From Chthoniobacterales bacterium (GTDB taxonomy: Bacteria > Verrucomicrobiota > Verrucomicrobiia > Chthoniobacterales > Chthoniobacteraceae): 64,000 nt of DNA. The stretch lies in NCBI GenBank assembly GCA_038207335.1, contig JBBQZX010000026.1, forward strand, positions 11,466-75,465, given 5' to 3'. Below the pieces are notes generated by a model. It was given only the letters and a program-made list of their open reading frames with translations. It had not been told where the DNA came from and made no database searches. This document shows positions 39,227-48,436 of this stretch, piece by piece. How positions within the stretch are numbered: the stretch's first letter is position 1; the number at the start of each line of letters is the position of its first letter. The position numbers were made by a program, and so were the translations under genes.

Positions 39227-40186
39227 TTATCCCGCGTGGTCGCTGAGGAACTCGACAACGCGGCGTTCGGAGTAGCGTTCGAGGCCGTTTTTTAAATCGA
39301 GGAAACCGACGTGGCCGCCGGATGCGGGCGCTTCGAGATAGAAAGCGGAACTCGCCTCGGCTTCCGGAAATGGGAAGCACTCGGGCGCGAGGAACGGGTC
39401 GTTGGCGGCGTTGAGCAGCAACGTCGGCAGGGTAATTCGTTTCAGAAACTGGCGCGCGCTGGACTGCGCCCAATAATCGGCGGCGTCGCGAAATCCGTGC
39501 AGCGGCGCGGTGTAGCGGTCGTCGAATTCCTGAAAGCTGCGAATCTTCCGCGCGCCAGCGGCATCGACTTCGCCGGGAAAACGAAGCGCCTTCGCTTCGA
39601 TTTTCGCGACGAGCGTAGTGAGGAATCGCCGCAGATAAATGCGGTTCGCCCATTCGCGATCAAGCTTTCGCGCGCTGGCGGCGAGATCGACGGGCGCGGA
39701 AATTGCGGCTGCGGTGACGACCGCCGGATGAGGCGGAGATTCGCCGAGATATTTCAACGTGAGATTTCCGCCGAGACTGAAACCGACGAGCGCGATGCGC
39801 GAATACGTCGCAGCCGTGGCTTCAATGACGAGACGCAGATCACTCGTCGCGCCGCTGTGGTACAAGCGCAGCAGGCGATTAGGCTCGCTACCGCAACCGC
39901 GGAAATTCCAGGCGAGGACATCCCAGCCGGCTTTTGAGAGAGCCGCCGACATTCCGCGGACGTAGTCATTTTCCACCGATCCCTCTAGGCCGTGAGAAAG
40001 GATCGCGGTGCGTGCGTGGCCACCGCGGAGCCAGTGCAGATCGAGAAAGTCGCCATCTTCCAACTCCATCCGCTCGCACTGGAAAACGACTGAAAGACGG
40101 CGCGGCAGTAAGACGGGCAGGATCGTCTGGACGTGTCCATTCAAGAGAAGTGCGGGCGGGTGAAATCGGGAGCGGATGACGGGCAT
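39227..40186 (-). CDS. Alpha/beta hydrolase (YheT/ABHD1-3-like)
   Basis: HGLEGS, nucleophile elbow GFSLGG, and length and pattern typical of YheT-type esterases. Confidence 0.85.
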   Translation of the reverse strand: MPVIRSRFHPPALLLNGHVQTILPVLLPRRLSVVFQCERMELEDGDFLDLHWLRGGHARTAILSHGLEGSVENDYVRGMSAALSKAGWDVLAWNFRGCGSEPNRLLRLYHSGATSDLRLVIEATAATYSRIALVGFSLGGNLTLKYLGESPPHPAVVTAAAISAPVDLAASARKLDREWANRIYLRRFLTTLVAKIEAKALRFPGEVDAAGARKIRSFQEFDDRYTAPLHGFRDAADYWAQSSARQFLKRITLPTLLLNAANDPFLAPECFPFPEAEASSAFYLEAPASGGHVGFLDLKNGLERYSERRVVEFLSDHAG

Positions 40187-40308
40187 GCAGTGAGGCGAGA
40201 GTGTGAGCGCGAGGTGAGGACTCTCGACGAGGCGCGGCGGACCGGGAGTAGAATTTGGTCCGCGACGCTTTTATTTCCTGAAGTTTTGCTCCACTCTCGC
40301 TGCAGAAC

Positions 40309-42321
40309 ATGCCTGCCACTTCCCCCGAACGGCTCCGTGTCCTCTTGATCGAGGACGATCCGGGAGATGGTTTTCTGCTTCGCGAAATGGTGGAGCACGA
40401 GCCGCTCTCGCGCTTTCGCGTGACGCAACACGTCGAGCAACTCGCGCCCGGGATCGAGTTCTTGAAAGCTGGACTGGCGGACATCGCACTGCTCGATCTT
40501 TCGCTACCGGACAGCCGCGGGCTCGAGACTTTCCGCCGCGCGCACGACGCCGCGCCACACGTGCCGATCATCGTGCTGAGCGGGCTCGACGATGAGGAAA
40601 TGGCGCTGCAGACCGTCCATCTCGGCGCGCATGAATATCTCGTGAAAGGGCGCATCGATGGCTATTTGCTGCATCGCGCGATGCGATACGCGATCGAGCG
40701 GGCGCGTGCCGAAGCGGCTCTGGCAAAGGAGCGTGAACTTTTTCGCACTCTCTTCGACAACTTGCCGGACCGCATTTATTTCAAGGACGAGAAGAGCCGA
40801 TTTCTGCGGATCAACCGGGCAATGGCGGCGCTTTTCAATGTGAGCAACGTCGAGGATGTGAACGGGAAGACGGACGCGGATTTTTTTGGCGGAAACCACG
40901 CGGAGGAGGCACTGCTCGACGAGATGCAGGTGATGGCAACGGGCGATCCGATGTTCAACAAGGTCGAGTTTGAATCCACCGCGACGGGGGCGCGCTCGTG
41001 GGTGCTCACGACGAAGCTGCCGCTGCGTGATCACGAGGGACAGGTGATTGGGACGTGCGGGATCTCACGGGAGATCACGCAGCTCAAGGAGATGGAGGAG
41101 CAGCTCGCATCCGAGCGGAATTTACTGCGGAGCTTCATCGATAACCTGCCCGACCTCGTCTATTTGAAAGACGCGCAGGGCCGGTATTTGCTGGATAATC
41201 TGGCGCATCAACGATGGCTCCAGGCGAGCGATGAGAGGGAAGTGCGAGGGCGCACGGTGTTCGATTTTTACCCGGACGAGATCGCGCGCGCTTTCCAAGA
41301 GGACGACGAGAGAATCCTGCAATCGAACGAGCCGCTGCTGAATCGCGAAGAGCGAATCATCGGACCGGATGGGAGCCAGCGATGGATGCTCACGGCGAAG
41401 GTGCCATGGCGCGGCGAGGACGGCTCCGTGCACGGACTCGTGTGCATCTCGCGCGATGTGACGGAGCAGAAGAAGGCTGAGGAAGAGCTTCGCCAGGCTT
41501 ACGCGGAGCTCGCTCTCGGGCGCGAAGAAGTGCTCGCAGCGATGGAGAAGATGCAGTCGGCACACCAGGAATTGCACGAGGTGCAGCTCCAGCTCATCGA
41601 GGCCGAGAAGATGAAATCCATCGGGCGGCTCGCAGCCGGCATCGCGCATGAGGTGAAAAATCCGCTCGCGGTGCTCGGCATGGGTGTCGAATTCCTCGAC
41701 TGTCAGACTTTCGCGGAAGATCCCTCAGTGCGCGCGACGCTCACGGACATGGCGGACGCGGTGCGCAGGGCGGATTTGGTGATTCGCGGGTTGCTCGATT
41801 TTTCCGCGCCGAAGCGGCTGGAGGTGAAGCCCGAGGATTTGAATGTCATCATCGACCGCGCGCTCACGCTGGTGCGGGGCGAGATGAAAGGAATCGAAGT
41901 CATCCGCGAGGCGCAGCCGACTCTGCCGCCGCTGAATGTCGATTCGGGCAAGATTGGGCAGGTGTTCATCAATCTGCTCACGAATGCGATCCACGCGATG
42001 CCCGACGGCGGGACGCTCACCGTGCGCACATATTCAAAGCAGCTCACTGGCATCGGTGCGAATATCGGACAGGGACGTGGCGACTGGTTTCGCGTCGGGG
42101 AGTCGATCGTGGTGGCGGAGATCGACGACTCCGGGCACGGCATTCCCGATGAGACCCTCACGAAAATTTTCGAGCCGTTCGTCACCACAAAGCCGACAGG
42201 CAAGGGGAGCGGGCTCGGGCTTTCTGTCGTGAAGACCATCGTCGGTCTGCATCACGGCACGATCGATATTCGAAATCTGCCGGAGGGCGGCGTGCGCGCG
42301 ACGGTGATGTTTCAGGCTTGA
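40309..42321 (+). CDS. Hybrid sensor: N-terminal receiver (REC) + PAS domains + HisKA/HATPase_c histidine kinase
   Basis: REC: RVLLIEDDPGD...DIALLDLSLPD. Repeated PAS-like LFRTLFDNLPDRIYFKD and LLRSFIDNLPDLVYLKD. H-box IAHEVKNPL. N, G1 and G2 boxes (NLLTNAIHAM, DDSGHGIP, GSGLGLSVV). Confidence 0.9.
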   Translation: MPATSPERLRVLLIEDDPGDGFLLREMVEHEPLSRFRVTQHVEQLAPGIEFLKAGLADIALLDLSLPDSRGLETFRRAHDAAPHVPIIVLSGLDDEEMALQTVHLGAHEYLVKGRIDGYLLHRAMRYAIERARAEAALAKERELFRTLFDNLPDRIYFKDEKSRFLRINRAMAALFNVSNVEDVNGKTDADFFGGNHAEEALLDEMQVMATGDPMFNKVEFESTATGARSWVLTTKLPLRDHEGQVIGTCGISREITQLKEMEEQLASERNLLRSFIDNLPDLVYLKDAQGRYLLDNLAHQRWLQASDEREVRGRTVFDFYPDEIARAFQEDDERILQSNEPLLNREERIIGPDGSQRWMLTAKVPWRGEDGSVHGLVCISRDVTEQKKAEEELRQAYAELALGREEVLAAMEKMQSAHQELHEVQLQLIEAEKMKSIGRLAAGIAHEVKNPLAVLGMGVEFLDCQTFAEDPSVRATLTDMADAVRRADLVIRGLLDFSAPKRLEVKPEDLNVIIDRALTLVRGEMKGIEVIREAQPTLPPLNVDSGKIGQVFINLLTNAIHAMPDGGTLTVRTYSKQLTGIGANIGQGRGDWFRVGESIVVAEIDDSGHGIPDETLTKIFEPFVTTKPTGKGSGLGLSVVKTIVGLHHGTIDIRNLPEGGVRATVMFQA

Positions 42322-42375
42322 GCCTGAGCGAGCACGGCCCTTCCATCCTCACCCGGCGCTCAACTCACCCTCACT

Positions 42376-42750
42376 ATGGAAAAGAAACGTGTATTTATCG
42401 TTGACGACGAATCGGGCTTCACGCGGCTCATCAAACTCACGCTCGAAAAATCGGGCAAATATACCGTGCTTGAGGAAAACGACGGGACGAAAGCCTGGCT
42501 GGCGGCGCGGGAATTCAAGCCAGATATCATCTTTCTCGACATCGTGATGCCGAAGATCGACGGCGGCGACGTGGCGCAGCAGATCAAGTCGGACCCCGCG
42601 CTGGCGCATGTGCCGATCGTATTTCTCACCGCGATCGTTTCTGAAAAAGAGGGCGGCCACACAATCGGGGGATTTCCGTTTGTCGCAAAGCCGGTGAGCA
42701 TTGCCTCAATCACGAAGTGCATCGCGGAGCAACTCGGCGAGTCGGTGTAA
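42376..42750 (+). CDS. Single-domain response regulator (CheY-like)
   Basis: RVFIVDDE..., phospho-acceptor context IIFLDIVMPKIDG, and a conserved KP near the C-terminus. Confidence 0.9.
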   Translation: MEKKRVFIVDDESGFTRLIKLTLEKSGKYTVLEENDGTKAWLAAREFKPDIIFLDIVMPKIDGGDVAQQIKSDPALAHVPIVFLTAIVSEKEGGHTIGGFPFVAKPVSIASITKCIAEQLGESV

Positions 42751-42960
42751 GCCGGGATCGCTGATCCCATCACGGTTTGCGGGCGTTGCGCTTTCCCGGG
42801 ATTCGCCGAAAATCGCATCTCTCGTGTCGCAGTCCACGTCTCGCCGGCACGCGGCACATATCAACGCCGCACCCGCGTTTCTCGCGACCCTCTCCAGCAA
42901 CCTGCGGCCCGGATGTTTCTAACATTGCACGGGCCGCGCGCTTTGCTCTCGCACCCAATC

Positions 42961-44247
42961 ATGAAAACCCCAGCACTGCAGCGCGTTGTCCCCCCAGTCA
43001 CCGTAGCCTTTTTCGCCATCGTCCTCGGCGGCATTTCCGCGCTCGCCGCGGAGCCTGCGCTCACATTGAAAGACAACGACGTGTGGGTCATGGCCGGCGA
43101 CAGCATCACGGCGCAGCGCCAGCACACGAATTTCATCGAGGCCTACTACCAGACGCGCTACCCCGCGCTGCATCTGCATTTCCGAAACTCCGGTATCGGT
43201 GGCAACCGCACCGGAAATATCCTCCAGCGCTTCGACTACGATGTCGCCGCGTGGAAGCCGACGATCGTCAGCATCGAGCTCGGCATGAACGACGTGAACA
43301 ACGGCGACGACCCCGCCGCCTACATCGCCGGTATCCGCGAACTCATCGGTAAAATCCGCGCAATCCCCGCGCAGCCGGTGCTCATTTCCTCGAGCCCTGT
43401 CGATGACGGGAGCTTGATGGACGATTGGAAATCCGACCGCTGCCGCCGCCTGCATCCTTACACCGAAGCGCTTCAAAAACTTGCTGCGGAGGAGAAAATC
43501 GTATTCGCCGATCAGTACCATCCGCTGCTGAAGGTGTGGGGCGAGAATCGAAAAGCCGGTGCGGAAGCGGCGGCGAAAGCGGCGACTGGAACTCCGGCCC
43601 CCGCGACGGTGGATGCGAAAGGCAAGCCAGTCATCCCGGCATCGCTGATTCCGCTCGGTGGGGATACGGTGCATCCTGGACCGGTCGGGCAATACACGAT
43701 GGCCTCGGTGATTTTAGAGGGGCTGAAGGCGACTGGCGACGTGAGCTCCGCGGAGCTTCATGCGGATGGCAAAGTGGTCTCTTCGAAAGGGTGCAAGATC
43801 AGCGATGCGAAAGCGGCTGCGGGCAAATTGAGCTTCACGCGCCTTGATGAAACGGGGCCGTGGCCGATCCTGCCCGCCGCGAAACCGGCGATCAAATTGC
43901 GCCCGGAAATCCTGTCGCGTTCCCACTACATGCTGCGCGTCTCGGGACTTCCCGATGGCGGCTACCGCGTGAGCATCGACGGAAAGCCGGCGGGCGTCGT
44001 CGATGCAAAAGAACTCGCGGCTGGGTGGAACATGACCACGGCATTCGACGACCGCTCAACTGCAATTCTCGCACTGATCGGGAAGTTGCAGGGCAAACTC
44101 AACACCGATTGGCGCGATGCGAGCAAGACGAAGGACCCGGACAAACTCGCGGCCGCACAGCAGGCCATCGATGCCTGCGAGGTGGAAATCCGCACGGCGT
44201 GCCAGCCCGCGCCGCTGCATTTCGAGATCGAAAAAGAGGCTCGCTGA
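42961..44247 (+). CDS. Secreted SGNH/GDSL-family hydrolase with C-terminal extra domain
   Basis: Trimmed to ATG 42961 (MKTPALQRVV...ALAA). Block I VMAGDSITAQ, block III GMNDV, and block V DTVHPG. Confidence 0.75.
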   Translation: MKTPALQRVVPPVTVAFFAIVLGGISALAAEPALTLKDNDVWVMAGDSITAQRQHTNFIEAYYQTRYPALHLHFRNSGIGGNRTGNILQRFDYDVAAWKPTIVSIELGMNDVNNGDDPAAYIAGIRELIGKIRAIPAQPVLISSSPVDDGSLMDDWKSDRCRRLHPYTEALQKLAAEEKIVFADQYHPLLKVWGENRKAGAEAAAKAATGTPAPATVDAKGKPVIPASLIPLGGDTVHPGPVGQYTMASVILEGLKATGDVSSAELHADGKVVSSKGCKISDAKAAAGKLSFTRLDETGPWPILPAAKPAIKLRPEILSRSHYMLRVSGLPDGGYRVSIDGKPAGVVDAKELAAGWNMTTAFDDRSTAILALIGKLQGKLNTDWRDASKTKDPDKLAAAQQAIDACEVEIRTACQPAPLHFEIEKEAR

Positions 44248-45267
44248 CTAATCGCGCGGAGTGACTCCGAGGCCGGGGAATGCCGATGGAGACAGGATTC
44301 CGCGGTTGAAGGCCCAGCCGCGAAATGGGTCGTCGCGAAGCAGCCACGCACCGTCGAGATCAGCGAAATCCGTTTTCTGCGCCACTGCCGCGCCAGCCGC
44401 GATGAGGATGCTGCTTTCCAACATGCAGCCGACCATCGTCCGCAGTCCGAATTCGCGTCCGCGCCGCGCCATCCGCACCGCGGGCGTGATTCCGCCACAT
44501 TTCACGAGCTTGATATTGAAGCCGCCAAACCGCTCCGCGACGCGCTCGACATCGGCATCCAACACGCAGCTTTCATCGGCGAAGATGGGCGGTCCGCCTG
44601 CGACTCTCGGGACGCGCGAATCGTTCTCGGGAAGGAACGGCTGCTCTATGAACGCGACATTCAGCGCTCGCAATTCCGCCGCGAGCGCAGTCAAGTCGTG
44701 CGCGCCCCACGCGCAGTTTGCGTCGACTGCGATCACCGCGCCGCTCGCCGCGCGCACGCTTCGGATCGGTGTGAGATCGGCGGCTGCGTTTGATTTGATC
44801 TTGATCATCGGAAAGCCCCGCAGCTCGGCGATCTTCTGCTGAAGCTCTTCCGCGGTCGATAGGCCGATCGTGCAGAACGTCGGGATCGCGCGCGGATGCG
44901 CGCCCCACGCGAGTTCGCTGACGCTGATCTTCTCCCGTTGCGCGAGCAAATCCCACAGCGCCAGGTCGATCGCGCACTGCGCCGCGCGGGACGGCGCGAC
45001 GATCTCCCAAACCTCCTCCCACACGCGCGAAATATCCTCGACGGATACGATTCGAACCTCGCTCACGAACTTCTCCGCAGCCGAGAGCGCGGCCAGCACG
45101 CTTTCCGCAGTCTCGTTGTAAAATGAGTTCGGCGACGCTTCGCCGCGTGCAATCACGCCGTCGGATTCCAATTCGACGAAGACATTCCGTACCGCCGAAC
45201 GCCGTGCCCGCGCGATCCGAAATTCCTGACGCGGATGAAGCTCTCGAATGGACGCGCTGAATTTCAA
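44248..45267 (-). CDS. Dipeptide epimerase (L-Ala-D/L-Glu epimerase-like, enolase superfamily)
   Basis: MR/MLE-type pattern: KIKS..., VDANCAW, FIEQP, ADES, and NIKLVKCGG (KxK and Asp/Glu metal ligands). Confidence 0.85.
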   Translation of the reverse strand: MKFSASIRELHPRQEFRIARARRSAVRNVFVELESDGVIARGEASPNSFYNETAESVLAALSAAEKFVSEVRIVSVEDISRVWEEVWEIVAPSRAAQCAIDLALWDLLAQREKISVSELAWGAHPRAIPTFCTIGLSTAEELQQKIAELRGFPMIKIKSNAAADLTPIRSVRAASGAVIAVDANCAWGAHDLTALAAELRALNVAFIEQPFLPENDSRVPRVAGGPPIFADESCVLDADVERVAERFGGFNIKLVKCGGITPAVRMARRGREFGLRTMVGCMLESSILIAAGAAVAQKTDFADLDGAWLLRDDPFRGWAFNRGILSPSAFPGLGVTPRD

Positions 45268-45297
45268 GTGGGACGAGTTCCGGGAGAGGAGCGCGAG

Positions 45298-45369
45298 AGG
45301 CGGGGGGGGGAATCGAACCCCCGAATGCGGCTTTTGCAGAGCCGAGCCTTACCACTTGGCTACCCCGCC
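45298..45369 (-). tRNA. tRNA-Cys (anticodon GCA)
   Basis: The manual cloverleaf on the minus strand reads: GGCGGGG-TA-GCCA-AGTGGTA-AGGC-T-CGGCT-CTGCAAA-AGCCG-CATTC-GGGGG-TTCGATT-CCCCC-CCCCGCC-T. It has an A13:A22 and U73 discriminator typical of tRNA-Cys. CCA is not encoded. Confidence 0.92.
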
Positions 45370-45469
45370 ATTTTTGCGAGCGGATGACGTACCCGACGTT
45401 CCCGCGCTCGTCAACGCGATTGCTGGCGCGATCCGCTTTCCCGGCCCATCTTCCCCGCTCCCCGGCCTC

Positions 45470-47188
45470 GTGAACGACTCCCACATTTCCACCCCGCGCC
45501 TCTTCCGCATACTCCTCTGGGTGCAGTGGCGCTCGTTGAAAGCACGGCTCGCCGGCATTCAGCGCGAGTCGCCGCTCATGCTCATCGTGCTAGCGTGTTT
45601 CGTCGCCGGGTATGTCGGCGTCGGCTTCTGGCTGCTGCGCTCGGGGCTCGGGCTGCTCTACCATTTCCCCATCGTCGGCAGCCTGCTTTCGCAGCGGATT
45701 CTCTTCCTCGTTTTCGCCTTCTTTTTCGTGATGCTCGTCTTCTCGAACATCGTCATCGGCTACTCGACGCTCTTCAAAAATCGCGAGACCCAGTGGCTCC
45801 TTTCGCTGCCCGTACCGCACCGAAATATCTACCGCTGGAAATTCCTCGAAGCCCTCTCCATCTCGAGCTGGGCGCTCATTTTCCTCAGCGCTCCGATGAT
45901 GCTCGCGTATGGCCGCGTCCACGATGTCCCGCTCATTTTCTACGCGCAGGCTGCGCTCGTCTTCCTGCCATTCGTCACGATCCCCGCGCTGATCGGCTCG
46001 TGGATCATTCTCTTTTTCGTCCACGTCCTCGCGCGGCGCGGTGTGAAAAAAATCGCCCTGGGCACCGGCGCGCTCGTCCTGCTGGTACTCATTTTTTCTG
46101 TGAAGCCCGCGAGCGACCTCGACGCCACGAGCGCGCAGGACGTCCTCTCGCTCGACCAGCTCCTCCGCCACACGCGCCTCAGCACGAACGCCTTCCTCCC
46201 GAGCGCTTGGATGGCCAAATCCGTCATCGCGTGGGGCGAGGGCCTCGGCACGCAGGGCGCGTTTTATTTCCTCCTGCTGCTGAGCAATGCCCTCATGGGA
46301 TTGCTCATCGGCTTCGAGATCATGGGCCGCTTCTTTTTCAAAAGCTGGACCGCCACGCTGAGCTCGCGCGCCGAGCGATTTCAGCGGCGCGCCGAGGCCA
46401 TGCGCCTGCGCGGCGAACGGCGTTCGCTGCTTGAAATGGTCGCCGGCCTCCTCCGCATCTTCTCGCAGCCCACTGCCGCGCTCGTGCTGAAAGACGCCCG
46501 CCTTTTCTGGCGCGACCCCGCGCAGTGGATCCAGTTCATGATCTTCTTCGGCCTGCTCTGCATCTACGTGCTGAACCTCCGCAACGTCGCCTTCGATTTC
46601 CAAACCCCGTTTTGGGAAACCACCATCAGCTACCTGAATCTCGGCGCCTCCGCCCTCACGCTTTCCACGCTCACCACGCGCTTCGTCTATCCGCAAATCA
46701 GCCTCGAGGGCCGGCGCCTCTGGATCATCGGCCTCGCCCCGATGGGCTTGAAAAAGGTGCTCCTGCAGAAATTCTGGATGAGCTCCGGGGCCGCCATGTG
46801 CGTCACCGTGAGCCTCATGATCGCGTCGAGCGTCATGCTCCATCTGCCCGCGCTGAAGGTCGTCTTTTTCTCCGGCTCGATCGCCCTGATGAGCGTCACC
46901 CTGAGCGGCCTCGCGGTCGGCCTCGGCGCGCTCTTTCCGAACTTCAAGGAAGACAACCCCACGAAAATCGTCAGCGGATTCGGCGGCACGCTCTGCCTCG
47001 TCGTCAGCTTCATCTACATCGCGCTCTTCATCGCCCTCGCCGCCCTCCCCGACCTCCGGCTCGTCATCAAAATCCCATTTCCGATGCCCGATTGCATCGC
47101 GATCTGCCTCGCGATCTTCCTCAGCGCCTGCGTGCTCATCCTCCCCCTCGGCGCCGCCATCCACCGCGTGCGCACGCTGGAGATTTAG
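45470..47188 (+). CDS. Polytopic membrane protein (ABC-2/'putative ABC exporter'-like permease; function unknown)
   Basis: Track ORF 45248..47188 would overlap tRNA-Cys, so it is trimmed to GTG 45470 (VNDSHISTPRLFRILLWVQWRSLKARL). There are at least 10 hydrophobic helices and no adjacent ABC ATPase. The start is uncertain. Confidence 0.6.
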   Translation: MNDSHISTPRLFRILLWVQWRSLKARLAGIQRESPLMLIVLACFVAGYVGVGFWLLRSGLGLLYHFPIVGSLLSQRILFLVFAFFFVMLVFSNIVIGYSTLFKNRETQWLLSLPVPHRNIYRWKFLEALSISSWALIFLSAPMMLAYGRVHDVPLIFYAQAALVFLPFVTIPALIGSWIILFFVHVLARRGVKKIALGTGALVLLVLIFSVKPASDLDATSAQDVLSLDQLLRHTRLSTNAFLPSAWMAKSVIAWGEGLGTQGAFYFLLLLSNALMGLLIGFEIMGRFFFKSWTATLSSRAERFQRRAEAMRLRGERRSLLEMVAGLLRIFSQPTAALVLKDARLFWRDPAQWIQFMIFFGLLCIYVLNLRNVAFDFQTPFWETTISYLNLGASALTLSTLTTRFVYPQISLEGRRLWIIGLAPMGLKKVLLQKFWMSSGAAMCVTVSLMIASSVMLHLPALKVVFFSGSIALMSVTLSGLAVGLGALFPNFKEDNPTKIVSGFGGTLCLVVSFIYIALFIALAALPDLRLVIKIPFPMPDCIAICLAIFLSACVLILPLGAAIHRVRTLEI

Positions 47189-47455
47189 GGAAAGTCGGCC
47201 GCGCACGCCCTCGTGCGCGTTCGGAGTTTCGGAGGGATTTCGCGCGTGACAGGCGGTTTCGGAGGCGGGTAGGGTATTTCCGCAGAGATGCGGGAGGATT
47301 TTCAACATCGAGGTGGTCGAGCGGCTTTGCGCCCGGAGGGGTTCGCGATTTCCCCGGTTCGTTCCTGCGGGTCAGGTTGGCGATGTTTGGTCGGAATGCA
47401 CCATCCTGCTCGGGAAAGATGCTGCCGTCCGAACGGATTTTGCGGTCCTGCTGGC

Positions 47456-47463
47456 GCGGTTTT
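47456..47463. repeat. Left copy of the 8-bp target-site duplication GCGGTTTT
   Basis: It is identical to 49616-49623 and abuts the outer end of the left terminal inverted repeat. Confidence 0.8.
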
Positions 47464-47494
47464 CGCGATTATCCCGTTCACAAATGTAGGGTGA
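47464..47494. repeat. Left terminal inverted repeat (IRL)
   Basis: cgcgattatcccgttcacaaatgtagggtga compared with the reverse complement of 49585-49615, cgcgattatccccttgacaaatgttgagaga. That is 26/31 identical, with the first 12 nt perfect. Confidence 0.8.
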
Positions 47495-47531
47495 TTTTGT
47501 GGGTTGAAGCGTAGGCGTCACTCGCCTGCGT

Positions 47532-47801
47532 TTACTTTGTCGGCTTCGCCTTCTGGCCGACTGGCTTGCTGACCTTCTTCGGCTTCGTCGGCTTAATCGT
47601 GAGCGCGCGGCGCATGATCTCGTCGAATCCAAGCGGTTGCGGTGTTTTTGATTTCAAGAATTCAACATACCCGAAAGCTACGGCGGCTTCCACTTCAAAC
47701 TGCGCTGCCCTCTCATTCCATGTGATACTGTTTTTTTTCTGCTTGCGTGCTACTTCGGGGCAAGCTATTCGTGCTTCCGTGATCACTGCTGAAATTATCA
47801 A
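47532..47801 (-). CDS. Hypothetical small protein with Lys-rich C-terminal tail (IS passenger)
   Basis: Complete 89-aa ORF with plausible composition (…FGYVEFLKSKTPQPLGFDEIMRRALTIKPTKPKKVSKPVGQKAKPTK). No family recognised. It partly overlaps an alternative start of the divergent ORF. Confidence 0.35.
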   Translation of the reverse strand: MIISAVITEARIACPEVARKQKKNSITWNERAAQFEVEAAVAFGYVEFLKSKTPQPLGFDEIMRRALTIKPTKPKKVSKPVGQKAKPTK

Positions 47802-47838
47802 ATCCGAAATTACCGAACTCGATCTGAAACTCTCCGCG

Positions 47839-48222
47839 ATGGAGCCACTTCGGAAGCGCCGGGACGCGTTGAAGAACCTTCTGGAAACCTACGGCAACGA
47901 CGAAACTCAACCTCGCTTGCTCGACGCTCCGAGCCTAGCGCCATCTGAACGCTACAAGTCGCTCGGAACGACACAAGCAATGATGGAGTTCCTGCGAGAC
48001 TCGCCGGGCGCATATTTCAGCCCGCGTGACATCGGGAAGGCGATGCTGGCTGGGGGACACGAATCCAAGTCGCCGAACTTTTTCAACATCGTTTACACGA
48101 TCTGCAAGCGAAAGGGTGAAGCTGGCGATTTCGAGGTTGCGGAACGCAAAGGGAAAAAAGTTTTCCGACTTCCATCTCAACCAGCCGCAACGACCTCGGC
48201 GCAACCACAGGAAGGAAGGTGA
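47839..48222 (+). CDS. Hypothetical protein, possible winged-helix DNA-binding fold (IS passenger)
   Basis: ORF frame of track 47566..48222. ATG 47839 (MEPLRKRRDALKNLLETYG...) or GTG 47779 are candidate starts. The segment TQAMMEFLRDSPGAYFSPRDIGKAMLAGGHESKSPNFFNIVYTICKRKGE looks like a wHTH. The fold call is inference only. Confidence 0.45.
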   Translation: MEPLRKRRDALKNLLETYGNDETQPRLLDAPSLAPSERYKSLGTTQAMMEFLRDSPGAYFSPRDIGKAMLAGGHESKSPNFFNIVYTICKRKGEAGDFEVAERKGKKVFRLPSQPAATTSAQPQEGR

Positions 48223-48340
48223 AACAACACGTATGAGCAACCAAGCATACGCAGAAATCTGCGAGCACGGTGACGGCGACACGCCGCCGCCCCAACACCC
48301 GGCGCGATTGAGAGATCGACGCTGCGCGCCGGGAAAGAAA

Positions 48341-48390
48341 CAGCCGATTGACCTAAAGCAACTTTGAACGGCGCAATGGTCAATCGGCTG
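48341..48390. other. Perfect 13-bp inverted repeat (hairpin) 47 nt upstream of the tRNA-like gene
   Basis: cagccgattgacc (48341-48353) pairs with ggtcaatcggctg (48378-48390). The loop is 24 nt. Confidence 0.6.
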
Positions 48391-48436
48391 GAAACTCGGA
48401 TCGTCGGGCGAGGGGAAACCCCGCCTTGAACCCTAA

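Noticed and set aside
45248-45469. Upstream part of track ORF 45248..47188
   Set aside because: It would run straight across tRNA-Cys (45298-45369) on the opposite strand. The start was moved to GTG 45470.
45590-47308. 572-aa minus-strand ORF
   Set aside because: It is antisense to the polytopic membrane protein gene. It is Glu/Arg/Asp-rich with no motifs, whereas the sense frame shows regular hydrophobic helices.
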